NCBI RefSeq assembly: GCF_006345805.1
Contig: NC_043006.1
Location: 69,006,001 to 69,070,000, forward strand
Length of the DNA: 64,000 bases
Reading direction: 5' to 3'
Source: Octopus sinensis
Lineage: Eukaryota
Below the pieces are notes generated by a model. It was not told the DNA's origin and ran no database searches. It worked only from the letters and a program-made list of their open reading frames with translations. Positions 52,930 through 64,000 of the stretch are shown piece after piece. Both the position numbers and the translations under genes were made by a program. Numbering within the stretch: position 1 is the stretch's first letter; the number at the start of each line of letters is the position of its first letter.

Positions 52930-53658
52930 AAATATAAAAACCAATTTACCTTTTCTGTCCGTCCGTATGTCTTTGCAAATGTGTTGGAATGATAAGTGAG
53001 TTGAGTTTTGGCGCCTTTTTTACTAATAACAAACACACACGTGTTTGTATGTAGGTATGTGTATGTAGTTGTATGTAGTTGTATATGTATGTGTATGCGT
53101 GTGTGTGAGGAATGAGACACACACACTCACGCATGCACACATGTACATCAATGCTTTCGGGAGTGATATGTTAAAATATTGAGTTTTCTCGAATTTTGTC
53201 TTAATTGGTGGTAAAATTGAAAGAAATTTTTTATGGCATCACCCACTGAAGTACTCTGAAAAATCTTAGGTAAACTCTAATTGAAGAAATTGTGTATTAT
53301 TTGTTTCTGTTTGTTTGCTGTGTTTTTTTATTTTTTGAGTAGTGGTTTAAATACTTTCACTTTAGTCTTCCTCAAATCACTCTGTCGCTATTTACTTTCA
53401 TTTTATCGTCGCACACTCTGTGTGTGCGTTGCGTGTGGTGTAAACCAGACTAAGAAAAGCATTTGACACACACCAGAATGTGAGTTTTCTGTAAATTTTG
53501 CTTAATTGGAGTTTAAATTTTAAAAACTGGACCTGGCATGACGCGATGCATTGTACACTTAAAAATGCAAGGTAAATTGTAATTGAAGAAATCCTATATT
53601 GTAGATTTCTATAACTCCCAAAGGGAGGCAGATAAAATCTGCCTTTTATAATAAGAGA
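52930..53658 (-). mobile_element. Helitron-like element, 5' end only, with internal subrepeats
   Basis: A|TCTCTTATTATAAAAGGCAGA at 53658; 53175-53290 resembles 53478-53592. Confidence 0.5.
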
Positions 53659-54439
53659 TTTATATTATTATATGATCGAACGACACGCGTACTTTTCCAA
53701 GTAAGTTTTATCTTAATAATTATGATGCGTACTCTTCTCCTTTAATATTTCTTCTCTGTTTATCTCTCTCCCTCTCTTGTTCTTCATCCTTTCTGGTTTT
53801 CTCCTCCACCCTTCCCTATTCTTCTCTTCCCCCCTTCACCGTTTCCTCGCTCTTACTCCTCCTCCTCCTCCTCCTCCTCGACTCTCTCGTCACTGACACG
53901 TGATCAGAAGGTAGCCATCTTTCCGACTTCTATCTTCACCAAGACCAGATCAGCTTACCCTGTCTCTTTCATAAGCTGTCTCCTTAAGCATTCAGACTAA
54001 TTTTTCCATCGTCTTGACTTAACAACCATCATTGTTTGATTTTACTGGTTTGTTCTCATTGTTCTGTCTTTTACTGTTTTTACTGTTTTGTTATTACTGT
54101 CCTGTTCTTGTTACCACTTTTACTCACCGCAAAAAATCCCAAATTTTATTTAATTTGCTTTGCGGGAAGGACTGTTTCAATGAAGTCGCGTCTTCTGCAG
54201 ACTCTTTCGCCACAACTTTCTCTCGCTCTTTCCTCCTGCATCCAGCAGTTCACAATCGACGAACCAGCAACCCGTCCAGGCGGGAAACCTATACGCCAAT
54301 GAAACCGGGAAACCGGCCCTTATGAGCCAGGCATGGCTCGAGAAGGAACAAACAACATGTTTAGTGTGTATTTTGTGTTGTAAGCGCTTTTACACACACG
54401 ACAGGCTTTTTCCAATCACCTATGAAATCCATTCGCAAA

Positions 54440-54935
54440 GCATTAGTCGACTTTGGGCATTTCTTCCGGCATTACGTTCTGAGTTAAAATTCTTATTTCT
54501 TTATTGCCCACAAGGGGCTAAACATAGAGGGGACAAACAAGGACAGACAAAGGGGTTAATTCGATTACATCGACCCCAGTGCGTAACTGGTACTTACTTT
54601 ATCGACCTCGGCGGAATTTGAACTCAGAACGTAAAGACAGCATTTCGCCCTGCGCGTTGACGATTCTGCCAGCTCACTTGAGTTCAAATTTTGTCGAGGT
54701 TGACTTTGCCTTTCATCCTTTCGGGGTCGATAAATTAAGTACCAATGAATCACTGGGGTCGACACAATCGACTAGTCCCCTCCCTCAACATTTCAGGCCT
54801 TGTGCCTAGAGTAGAAAAGATTAGTCGACCTGGGTCTATAGAACACACTTGTCCAAGGTGCCGTGCAGTAAGAGTGAATCCGAAACCTTGTGGTTGGGAA
54901 GCAAACTCCTTACCACACAGTCACGCCTGCACCAC
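54440..54935. mobile_element. Scrambled SINE C fragments in both orientations plus a SINE A head
   Basis: Family motifs. Confidence 0.7.
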
Positions 54936-55094
54936 TTTGAGATTCAAAATCTCACACATCTCTTGTCTCTAGTCAGTCTCTAGCTGGGTACAACATCAAC
55001 AATAATAACAACAACAGTAGCAGCAATATTAACAACATAGGCAATGTACATTATTTACATTCGACGGATATTTGTCCTCATCTTGTTTGTTGTT

Positions 55095-55140
55095 AACACA
55101 ACGTTTCGGCTGATATACCCTCCAGCCTTCTTCAGGTGTC
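55095..55140 (-). ncRNA. Minimal hammerhead ribozyme with fully canonical core
   Basis: Minus: gacac-CUGAAGA-a-ggcug/gaggguauau/cagcc-GAAAC-GUU^-guguu. Confidence 0.75.
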
Positions 55141-55152
55141 TTGGGGAAATTT

Positions 55153-55208
<56 letters not shown>

Positions 55209-55257
55209 CATCGAAAAATACCTTAGGAATGAGAACCCAGGTTCGAAATTTCCCCAA

Positions 55258-55303
55258 GACACCTGAAGAAGGCCGGAGGGTATATCAGCCGAAATAGTGT
55301 GTT
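55258..55303 (+). ncRNA. Inactivated copy of the 55095 hammerhead
   Basis: gacac-CUGAAGA-a-ggccg...cagcc-GAAA-uagu-guguu: cleavage triplet lost. Confidence 0.6.
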
Positions 55304-55612
55304 AATAAACAAGATGAGGACAAATATCCGTCAAATGTAAATAATGTAAATAATGTACATAATTCCTCATCTCTTAAATATAGAACTTTATAGGCAATGT
55401 AGATGTGCGTATACGTGGTTGATTGATTTCTTAGAAGTAGCTGCCAAATCTCCCTAAAAGCAAGCCCTTAATATCGTAAAGAAAAAACGTTAAGGACACG
55501 TTGGATAATGGAATCCTAGATATATTTATGCCTGGAAAAACGACTCTAGGATTGAAAACAGCAATCTATAATAGCAACAGCTACTGTGGTGGTGGTGGTA
55601 GTAGTAGTAATT

Positions 55613-55656
<44 letters not shown>

Positions 55657-55964
55657 TGTGGTGGTGGTTGTGGTGGTGGTGGTGGTGTCGGTGGTAGTGG
55701 TGGTTTCCTTGCTGACCACGTAGATAGTGAAGTTAAAGATGGTCAACGTGATAAGGCAGACTGACTTGACCAACGACGTTATCGAGGCAGTGGAGCGGAA
55801 CGTGATCACAACAACAACAACAACAACAACAACGGCATCAGCATCAGCAACAGAGACAGCGGCCGTTGTTGTCGAACTGTAGCGACAAAACCAACATTAA
55901 AGATTGAAATCTGATAATTTCAAACGAAATAAAAATAGCAAACGCCATTATTAATCTTACTTCC

Positions 55965-56625
55965 ACCCTTCCTACCACCATTTCCACTACCACCACCACT
56001 ATTCCCGCCACTACATCACAACCACCACCACCACCACCACCACCACCACTATGACTGCCACTACCATCACCACCACTATTACCGCCACTACCATTACTAC
56101 CACCACCACTATTCCCGCCACTACATCACAACCACCACCACCACCACCACCACCACTATGACTGCCACTACCATCACCACCACTATTACCGCCACTACCA
56201 TCACTACCACCACCACTATTCCCGCCACTACATCACAACCACCACCACTACTACCGCCACTACCATCATCATACCCCCCCCACCACCACCACCACCACTA
56301 CTATTACCGCCACTATCACCACCATCACTACTATTACCGCCATTACTAACCATCGTCACCACCACTACTGTTACCACCACAACGATCATCACCACCACCA
56401 TTACCACCACCACCATCATCACTACCATCACCACCACCTCCACCACCACCACCATCACCATCACCACCACCGCCACCATCACAGGCACCATTACTATCAG
56501 CCACACCACAACCACCATTAGCACCATCATCACTTCCATCACCATCACCACCTCCACCACCACCACCACTATTACCGCCACTACCATCATCATACCCCCC
56601 ACCACCACAATTACTATCGTCACCA
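55965..56625. repeat. (CAC)n-derived tract with a higher-order period of about 109 bp x3
   Basis: attcccgccactacatcacaacc recurs at about 56001, 56110 and 56218. Confidence 0.85.
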
Positions 56626-57253
56626 CCCCTATTCCTTCGGCTAGAAATAGCAGACAAATTCTGCTCAGATCACGCCAAAATATCTTGTGAGAGAGCATAA
56701 CACAGTAGACAATGTAGTGTAAGAATCTATCTTTAAAAACGTGATGGTCTCGGCTGGAAGAGCTCTAAACATAGGTGAGCACAATCAACTATACATCACT
56801 GCAGAAGATGGAGTACTAGAAACAATAGTTGTAGTTATTAAATTCACATCAAATCCCAGCCCTAGATACACTCTATCTGAAATAACGACGACACACACAC
56901 ACACACACACACACAACACACACACACCACACACACACACACAACACACACACACATATATATATAATACATATATATGCATATATACATACGTATATGT
57001 ACATACTTACATCTATATATATATATATATGCATATGTGGGTACAGGACGTCATGAAACGTGTACAACAAAAAATATATGAAGTACGAGTACATGGAATA
57101 TGAACTATTTTTTCGAACAACGAAAAACACAAATGGAAGACAAGACAAACAACATAAAGATCGACCCTTCATCAGTTGTTGACTGTTTTTCTACTCTCGT
57201 ATTTCGAAGATGTTTGTGTTTGTGTCTGTCCCACCACTACCATCACCAAAACA

Positions 57254-57288
<35 letters not shown>

Positions 57289-57382
57289 CAACAACAACAC
57301 TACCACAGTAGCTGTTGTATTATAGATTATTGTGTTCAATCGTGGGTCGTTTTTCCAAGCATAAATATATCAAGGACTCCAT

Positions 57383-57627
57383 TATCGGTTGTCAAGCGAT
57401 GTTGGGGACACACACACGCACAAACATATACATTCATGCATATATATATATATATATATATACGACGGGCTTCTTTCAGTTTCCGTCTACCAAATCCACT
57501 CACAAGGCTTTGGTCGTCCCGAGGCTATAGTAGAAAACACTTGCCCAAGGTATCACGCAGTGGGACTGAACCCGGAACCATGCGGTTCGTAAACAAGCTA
57601 CTTTACCACACAGCCACTCCTACGCCT
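57383..57627 (-). mobile_element. SINE family A, 5' half
   Basis: Family A match. Confidence 0.85.
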
Positions 57628-57842
57628 ATGGATAAATTTTATCAACAAAATCTTATATGGACCCCTTAGGGGCCACGTGGACACCAGTTCAGAACCACTG
57701 GTCTTGATGCAGCGCGTCTGAAATTATAGAATAGAAAGGGATATTCCTCGTGTGAAAGTAATTCGTTATACGACAGCAGGATTCGGGCATCGACTTGGAA
57801 ACCGAACAAGCATCGGCAACGACAGCAAGAACAGCAGCAATG

Positions 57843-57876
<34 letters not shown>

Positions 57877-58402
57877 CAGCAGCAGCAGCGTTGACTCACT
57901 GTTTACTATTTCTCAGAAGCTTAGCGTGTCTTAGGTTGTACTAAGAACGTCAATGAGTTCTATGGTAGATATCAAGGCCCTGCGCTAGCTCCAGCAACAA
58001 TGGGGGTGCTCAGGATAATGTTTAGTACATCACACTATCTATTTCATCCCATTACCAATTTCATGCAACCCTTCATTTTACTAAACAAAACTTCCCTCAT
58101 GGGTCCACGGAACACCCACTCCCCCACAACCACCCCACCACGCACCCGTCTGCCTCCACCACCCACTCTCGTCGTTGCGGTACCCTGATCTAAACGTTAT
58201 CCATATTAAGTTGAAGACGTTGGGTGAGGACGGAGTATTAGAGAAGGAGAGAGAGAGAGAGAGAGAGAGAAAAGGGCTGACTTGAAATACTACACATTAT
58301 GCACATACACGCACATATGTAGGATCGTAGACGTATACATCATACATATACCACAAATATACATATGTATATATTTATAAATGTATACATACATACGCAC
58401 AC

Positions 58403-58433
<31 letters not shown>

Positions 58434-58711
58434 ATATATATATATATACATATACATACTTACATACATATATATATACATACATACATACATACATATA
58501 TGTATGTATATATATATATAATATATAATGTACAGCCACGCGCGGATTAAAAGGAAACTTAGGAATGGTAGCTTGGGAAATTTAGATTGTAAATATTTCT
58601 GTGAATGCAGAATACTTAAACACACCAAACATACACGTACACACATGCACACACATATACATACAAACACACTACTTTTATATATATGCATAAACATAAA
58701 ATTATACATAC

Positions 58712-58756
<45 letters not shown>

Positions 58757-59113
58757 TTAGTGAACCAAAAATAAATATATATATATAATATATATATATA
58801 TGTGTGTGTTTAGACACACATACACGTAGTGATACACCATATCCTTTTATATATACAGACAAAGAAAAATATATGCACACATAAATTATGTGAAATTCTA
58901 CAAGTGCAGTGCGGGCACTGTACAAACGTTTCATATTTATTAGACTCCCGGGAGTGATGAGAATTTGAAGGAATTTCAAAAGTTCTCATAAATGTTGAAC
59001 GCAGTTTCTATACACGAAACATCACATTTAGCAATAAACGTATTGAGTTTGCGATTGTGAGGTTGGGCTTTTCGTTATTTGGATCAAGATATTCGTTATA
59101 TTTTTTGTTGGAA

Positions 59114-59492
59114 GCACTCCGTCGGTTACGACGACGAGGGTTCCGGTTGATCCGAACAACAGAACAGCCTGCTCGTGAAATTAACGTGTAAGTAGCTGAA
59201 CATTCCACAGACACGTGTACCCTTAACGTAGTTCTCGGGGATATTCAGCGTGACACAGAGAGTGACAAGACCGGCCCTTTGAAATACAGGTACAACAGAA
59301 ACAGGAAGTAAGAGTGAGAGAAAGTTGTGGTGAAAGAGTACAGCAGGGATCACCACCATCCCTGCTGGAGCCTCATGGAGCTTTAGGTGTTTTCGCTCAA
59401 TAAACACTCACAACGCCCGGTCTGGGAATCGAAACCGTAATCCTACGACCGCGAGTCCGCTGCCCTAACCACTGGGCCATTGCGCCTCCACA
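59114..59492 (-). mobile_element. SINE family B, full length
   Basis: Reverse match to 3169-3537. Confidence 0.9.
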
Positions 59493-59767
59493 ATTCATTA
59501 TATAGTCTCCTGCTGCTCTGAATTTCACCTGCGGATGCACAGGGTGTTCAAGCAATTTATTATTGATTTGACTGAAGAGCCTGTGAAACCGTAAGTGAAA
59601 CTCTGAGTAGCAAGAGACAGGCTCGACCAGAATAAAGAATATCAATCTCTACTATGGTATTGACCATTCTCTCTCTCTCCTGCGTTCGAGATTTCTTCAA
59701 GTCTAAATCTATATCTATATGTTTGTATGTATCTATGCATCTATATATCTATCTCTATCTTTTTCTA

Positions 59768-59820
<53 letters not shown>

Positions 59821-60108
59821 GTATATATATATATATATACACAACATTATATACATACAAACAAAAACATTCATACACACACACACACAACACACACAAC
59901 ACACACATATATATATATAATATATATATATATATATGCATAAAATGAAATCAAAAACAGAACACAAAGGATGTCGCGGTATATGTGTTTCAAGCTTATA
60001 AAACAGACTATTCTTACATCATTGTATAATCGACAAAAGGATTGCTTAAAGCTCTCTTCAGCCGCATATGTGGTGGGTGTGTGTGTGTGGATTGTTATTA
60101 TATAGATA

Positions 60109-60144
<36 letters not shown>

Positions 60145-60252
60145 ATATATATAATATATAAATATATATGTATGTATAATTATATAATATATGAATATAT
60201 ATGTATAATTATATATATATATACATATATATATATATAAATATACATAATA

Positions 60253-60300
<48 letters not shown>

Positions 60301-60453
60301 TATATATATTATATATATATAATACATACATTATATTTATTATATATATATAATAACATACATATATATAAATGTATACATATATATATAATATATGTAT
60401 ATAAAATACATATATTATTATATATATATATATATATATACATACATATATAT

Positions 60454-61266
60454 TTAGCACGGGTTGGACAGTTTGACAGGGGTCTGGGAAGCCAGGAGGC
60501 TGCACCAGGCTCCAGTCTGATCTGGCGGTGTTTCGACAGGTGGATGCCCTTCCTAACGAGAACCACTCTGTGAGCGTAGTGGGTGCTTTTTTCGTGCCGC
60601 CTGCACAGGTGCCAGGGGGTCTGGCAGCGGCCACGATCGGTTGGTGCTTTTTACGTGCCACCAGCACAGAAGCTAGTCAAGGCGGAGCTGCAATCCGCCA
60701 CGTTCGGATGGTTTTTTACGTGCTGAAAGGAAGCAACAGAAAGTAACAACCACACTCTTACCCGCGCGTAGAGCGGGTCACCTTCAGCTAGTATATATAT
60801 ATATATATACTAGCTGAAGGTACCCGCTCTACACGCGGGTAGAGTGTGGTGTTACTTTCTGTTGCTTCCTTTCGGATGGTGCTTTACGTGCTGAAAGGAA
60901 GCAACAGAAAGTAACAACCACACTCTTACCCGCGCGTAGAGCGGGTCACCTTCAGCTAGTATATATATATATATATCCGAACGTGGCGGATTGCAGCGCC
61001 GCCTTGACTGGCTTCTGTGCTGGTGGCACGTAAAAGCAACCGATCGTGGCCGCTGCCAGACCCCCTGGCACCTGTGCAGGTGGCACCGAAAAGCACCCAC
61101 TACGCTCACAGAGTGGTTGGCGTTAAGAAGGGCATCCACCTGTCGAAACACTGCCAGATCAGACTGGAGCCTGGTGCAGCCTCCTGGCTTCCCAGACCCC
61201 TGTCAAACTGTCCAACCCGTGCTAGCACGGAAAACGGACGTAAACGATGATGATGATGATGATGAT
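60454..61266. repeat. Nested palindrome A-B-(TA)n-B'-B-(TA)n-A' (A = retroposon with (GAT)n tail; B = Helitron-like 3' end)
   Basis: A 60454-60708 is inverse to 60976-61225. B ends acccgc-gcgtaga-gcgggt...CTAG|T at 60791 and 60959; an inverted B spans 60810-60873. Confidence 0.92.
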
Positions 61267-61589
61267 TCTCCCTCTTTGTTTCTTTCTCCTTTCTATCTCA
61301 CTTTCCCACTCTCTAACTCTTCCTTTCTCTCGGACTCTCCCTCGCTTTCTCTTACTCTCTATCTTTATGTATCCTCTCTCCCATTTTAAACAACAAAGAT
61401 CTTGAGTAAGTGAGAATAAATATTTAGAAAGATCAATCATAAATATCAGGCAGTTACAAGGAGGAAAGGTCTGCTTCAAGACAGGACAGCAAAACACTAA
61501 CATTTAAAAGGGACAGACGAACTTGCGAGCTGAATAAAAATAATAAACTATGGAAACCAAAGTTTGAAGGGATAGAATTTGAGGATAGT

Positions 61590-63332
61590 AGAGTCACCAT
61601 GGCTGGCATTCTTAACGACGGACAGCAACGTATTGACAGTTCAACGGCTGGCGTAAAATTTTGAACTTGATGTAAAAGAAAATCCCTAAAAACCAAGTTT
61701 TGACTTGATTCTTTCTCACGACAGTAGACTCACGATGGCAAGCATTCAAAACTTCTTCATCATGGACGGCAACACATTGACGATTAAAAGGCTGGCGCAA
61801 ATTTTTTAGCTTGATGTAACAGAATTGCTAAACACCCGCCCCATTTATACCCCTTTTCACCTTTTGGTTAATATAACCCGATTTCATTTGGGTCTACTGG
61901 GGCCACATTTTATAAGATGAGGACTCAACCAAGTTTCCCAAGTTCTGGTCATAGACCATAGAACACTAAACCAAGTTTCCCGATTTCTGGTCATAGACCA
62001 TAGAACAGTCAAGCAAGTTTCCCGAGTTCTGGTCATAGACCATAGAACACTCAATCAAGTTTCCCGAGTTCTGGTCATAGACCATAGAACAGTAAACCAA
62101 GTTTCCCGAGTTCTGGTCATTTGCAGAATAAATAGAGACGGCGGAGGTGGCAGACGTCGTTGCAATGTAAACATGATTTGTTATAAGAAAAAGATTGTCC
62201 AGATTGTGTGTTGGTGGTGGTGGTGGCGATGATAATTATCTTTAAGAATGGAGATAAAGAGAAATGAATGAATGGGAGTTAGAGGTAGAAAGAGAAGGTG
62301 TAAATTTTGGAGTGAATCCGACGGGATTGTTTAGTGGGCTTTAACCCCGGCAAAAAAAAAATATCAGTTGCGTTTCTGAAAGAGGTGAAGTAGGAATATT
62401 GAAAATTTTGCGGCTGTCATTGATAGACTCGTTGTAGAATAAATAGAGACGGCGAAAAAAGAGAGCTCGAGAAGAAAAGGTGATATATGAAAGAGAGGAC
62501 GGGAAAATGAAATATTTTGCAATGTAACATGATTTGTTTTAAGAGAAAGATTGCCATGATTGTGTGTTGGTGGGTTGGTGGTGGCGATGATAATTATCAT
62601 TAGGAAAAAGAGTGAGTGAGTGAGGAAGACATACATAAGTTGTGGCGATGATAATGTAGACCCCTTTTCACATTTTGATGAAGAGAACCCGATTTCATTC
62701 GGGTGTACTGGGGCCACATATAGGTGTGTATGTGTGTGTGTGTGTGTGTGTGGTGTGGTGTGTGTGTGTGCACGCTGTAGAAATTAAATTAGAGATAAAA
62801 CCACTAATAGGGAATGAAACAGTAAAAAACCAAAAACAAAAAACTAAAAAATAAATATTAGATATATGTAATATATGTGTGTGTGTGTGGTGTGGTGGTG
62901 TGTGTGTGTGTGTGGTGTGTGTTGACAGGTAGACAATAGAATGCGATGGCGATGGCGATGTAATATTTGTTTCTGTCTATGAAACTGATAGATCATGAGT
63001 AAAATGTATGGGAAGCTAAGAGATAAGAGTGAGTGAAAATGTTCTTGGAAGAGAGGAAAACAGCGAGAGAGTGATTTGAGGAAGACTTTACATTAATAAC
63101 CGTAGTGGCATTGTCAAATGAAGAGGAGTGAGAGAGTACTGGAGGAAGTAGGGTGAGTGAGGAAGATGGCCCCTAGCAACCACACCTTTTAAGATAGGGA
63201 TTTCTAAGGTAGCCCACGCGCATCGTCACCTCATTCTACATGTCCCTGTAAATTTTGGAGCGAATCGGACGGGATGTAGTGGCATTGAAAGCGATCCAAG
63301 CGGTTAAAACGCATTTCAGTTTTATATATAGA
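61590..63332 (-). mobile_element. Composite Helitron-like element with patchwork internal repeats
   Basis: TCTATATATAAAACTG-type end at 63332. Internal pairs: 61590-61690/61720-61826, 61850-61910/62660-62720, 62123-62248/62433-62605. 3' end not found. Confidence 0.45.
61925..62120. repeat. 42-bp minisatellite, about 4.6 units
   Basis: ccaagtttcccgagttctggtcatagaccatagaaca; units begin at 61929, 61971, 62013, 62055 and 62097. Confidence 0.95.
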
Positions 63333-63356
63333 ATATATATATATATATATATATAT

Positions 63357-63397
<41 letters not shown>

Positions 63398-63412
63398 ATA
63401 TATATATATATA

Positions 63413-63665
63413 CATATAATCAGTTTGTAACAACTTGTTGTCCAATCGTTGCTGAATTCTTTATCCGTTATTTTCACAAATAACCTTTTAACATTAATCT
63501 TATGTATTGGCTTAAGTTTTTCATTGTATGATTTGCCTAATAGTGGTTTTATCTCTAATTTAATATAATATAATATCTTACTATAAAATTGGATTCAATC
63601 CTAAATCTGATTTTTCCTGTAAGTTTGGATTTATTCCCTTATATTTTTATATATATACATATATA

Positions 63666-63732
<67 letters not shown>

Positions 63733-63852
63733 TGTATGTATATATTGGTGACTTGTATTTCCATGTTATATAATCAGTTTGTAACAACTTGTTGTCCAAT
63801 CGTTGCTGAATTCTTTATCCGTTATTTTCACAAATAACCTTTTAACATTAAT
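63413..63852. repeat. Direct repeat of about 86 bp (63413-63498, 63767-63852) in a (TA)n-associated family also seen at 17558-17640 and 62780-62815
   Basis: tataatcagtttgtaacaac...ccttttaacattaat; family motif aaattagagataaaaccacta. Confidence 0.85.
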
Positions 63853-64000
63853 TGTTTCGCCTTTGTTTTACTGCTTTGGAAACGAATGGTGAAAAATTTG
63901 CGATTAGAGCCATTTTACTCGAGCAGTGGAAAAAAGCACTGAGTGTATGGGCAATGGTAAGAGAAACGAATGGTACAGAAGGCCCAGGAACGTGTGAAAC

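Noticed and set aside
58957-58998. SECIS element
   Set aside because: The AUGA is Watson-Crick paired with no GA quartet, and no selenoprotein ORF is nearby.
61925-62120. CRISPR array
   Set aside because: Contiguous units without unique spacers, no cas genes, eukaryotic context.
1586-63837. The large majority of ORF-track entries (YI, HT, CV, YLSI, poly-T/V/M/L peptides)
   Set aside because: They are translations of (TA)n, (CA)n, (TATG)n, (GATA)n and triplet microsatellites.

Overview
Eukaryotic, AT-rich, repeat-saturated DNA. It is most likely a coleoid cephalopod (octopus), judged from my recollection of the SINE families and the microsatellite load; I could not verify this. There are no prokaryotic features and no complete protein-coding gene. 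Nearly all ORF-track entries are microsatellite translations. Supported content: three tRNA-derived SINE families (about 35 copies or fragments); decayed LINE pieces (CR1 x3, RTE x2, Tx1/L1, an R4/Dong-like RLE element); Tc1/mariner elements and MITEs; Helitron-like ends; and one 100-N gap. A chain of four short splice-flanked segments (27.0-34.2 kb, + strand) may be exons of an unidentified host gene. The strongest unexplained signal is seven hammerhead-ribozyme motifs in Penelope/retrozyme-like units beside (TA)n or (TAA)n tracts: two full type I folds and five minimal GAAACGUH-type motifs, one with a fully canonical core. Other signals are retroelement ends docked on specific microsatellites, (CATA)n, (GATA)n, (TAA)n and (TA)n, and several fold-back structures. 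Some near-identical duplications may be assembly artefacts. All alignments and folds were done by eye, and boundaries are approximate unless stated.
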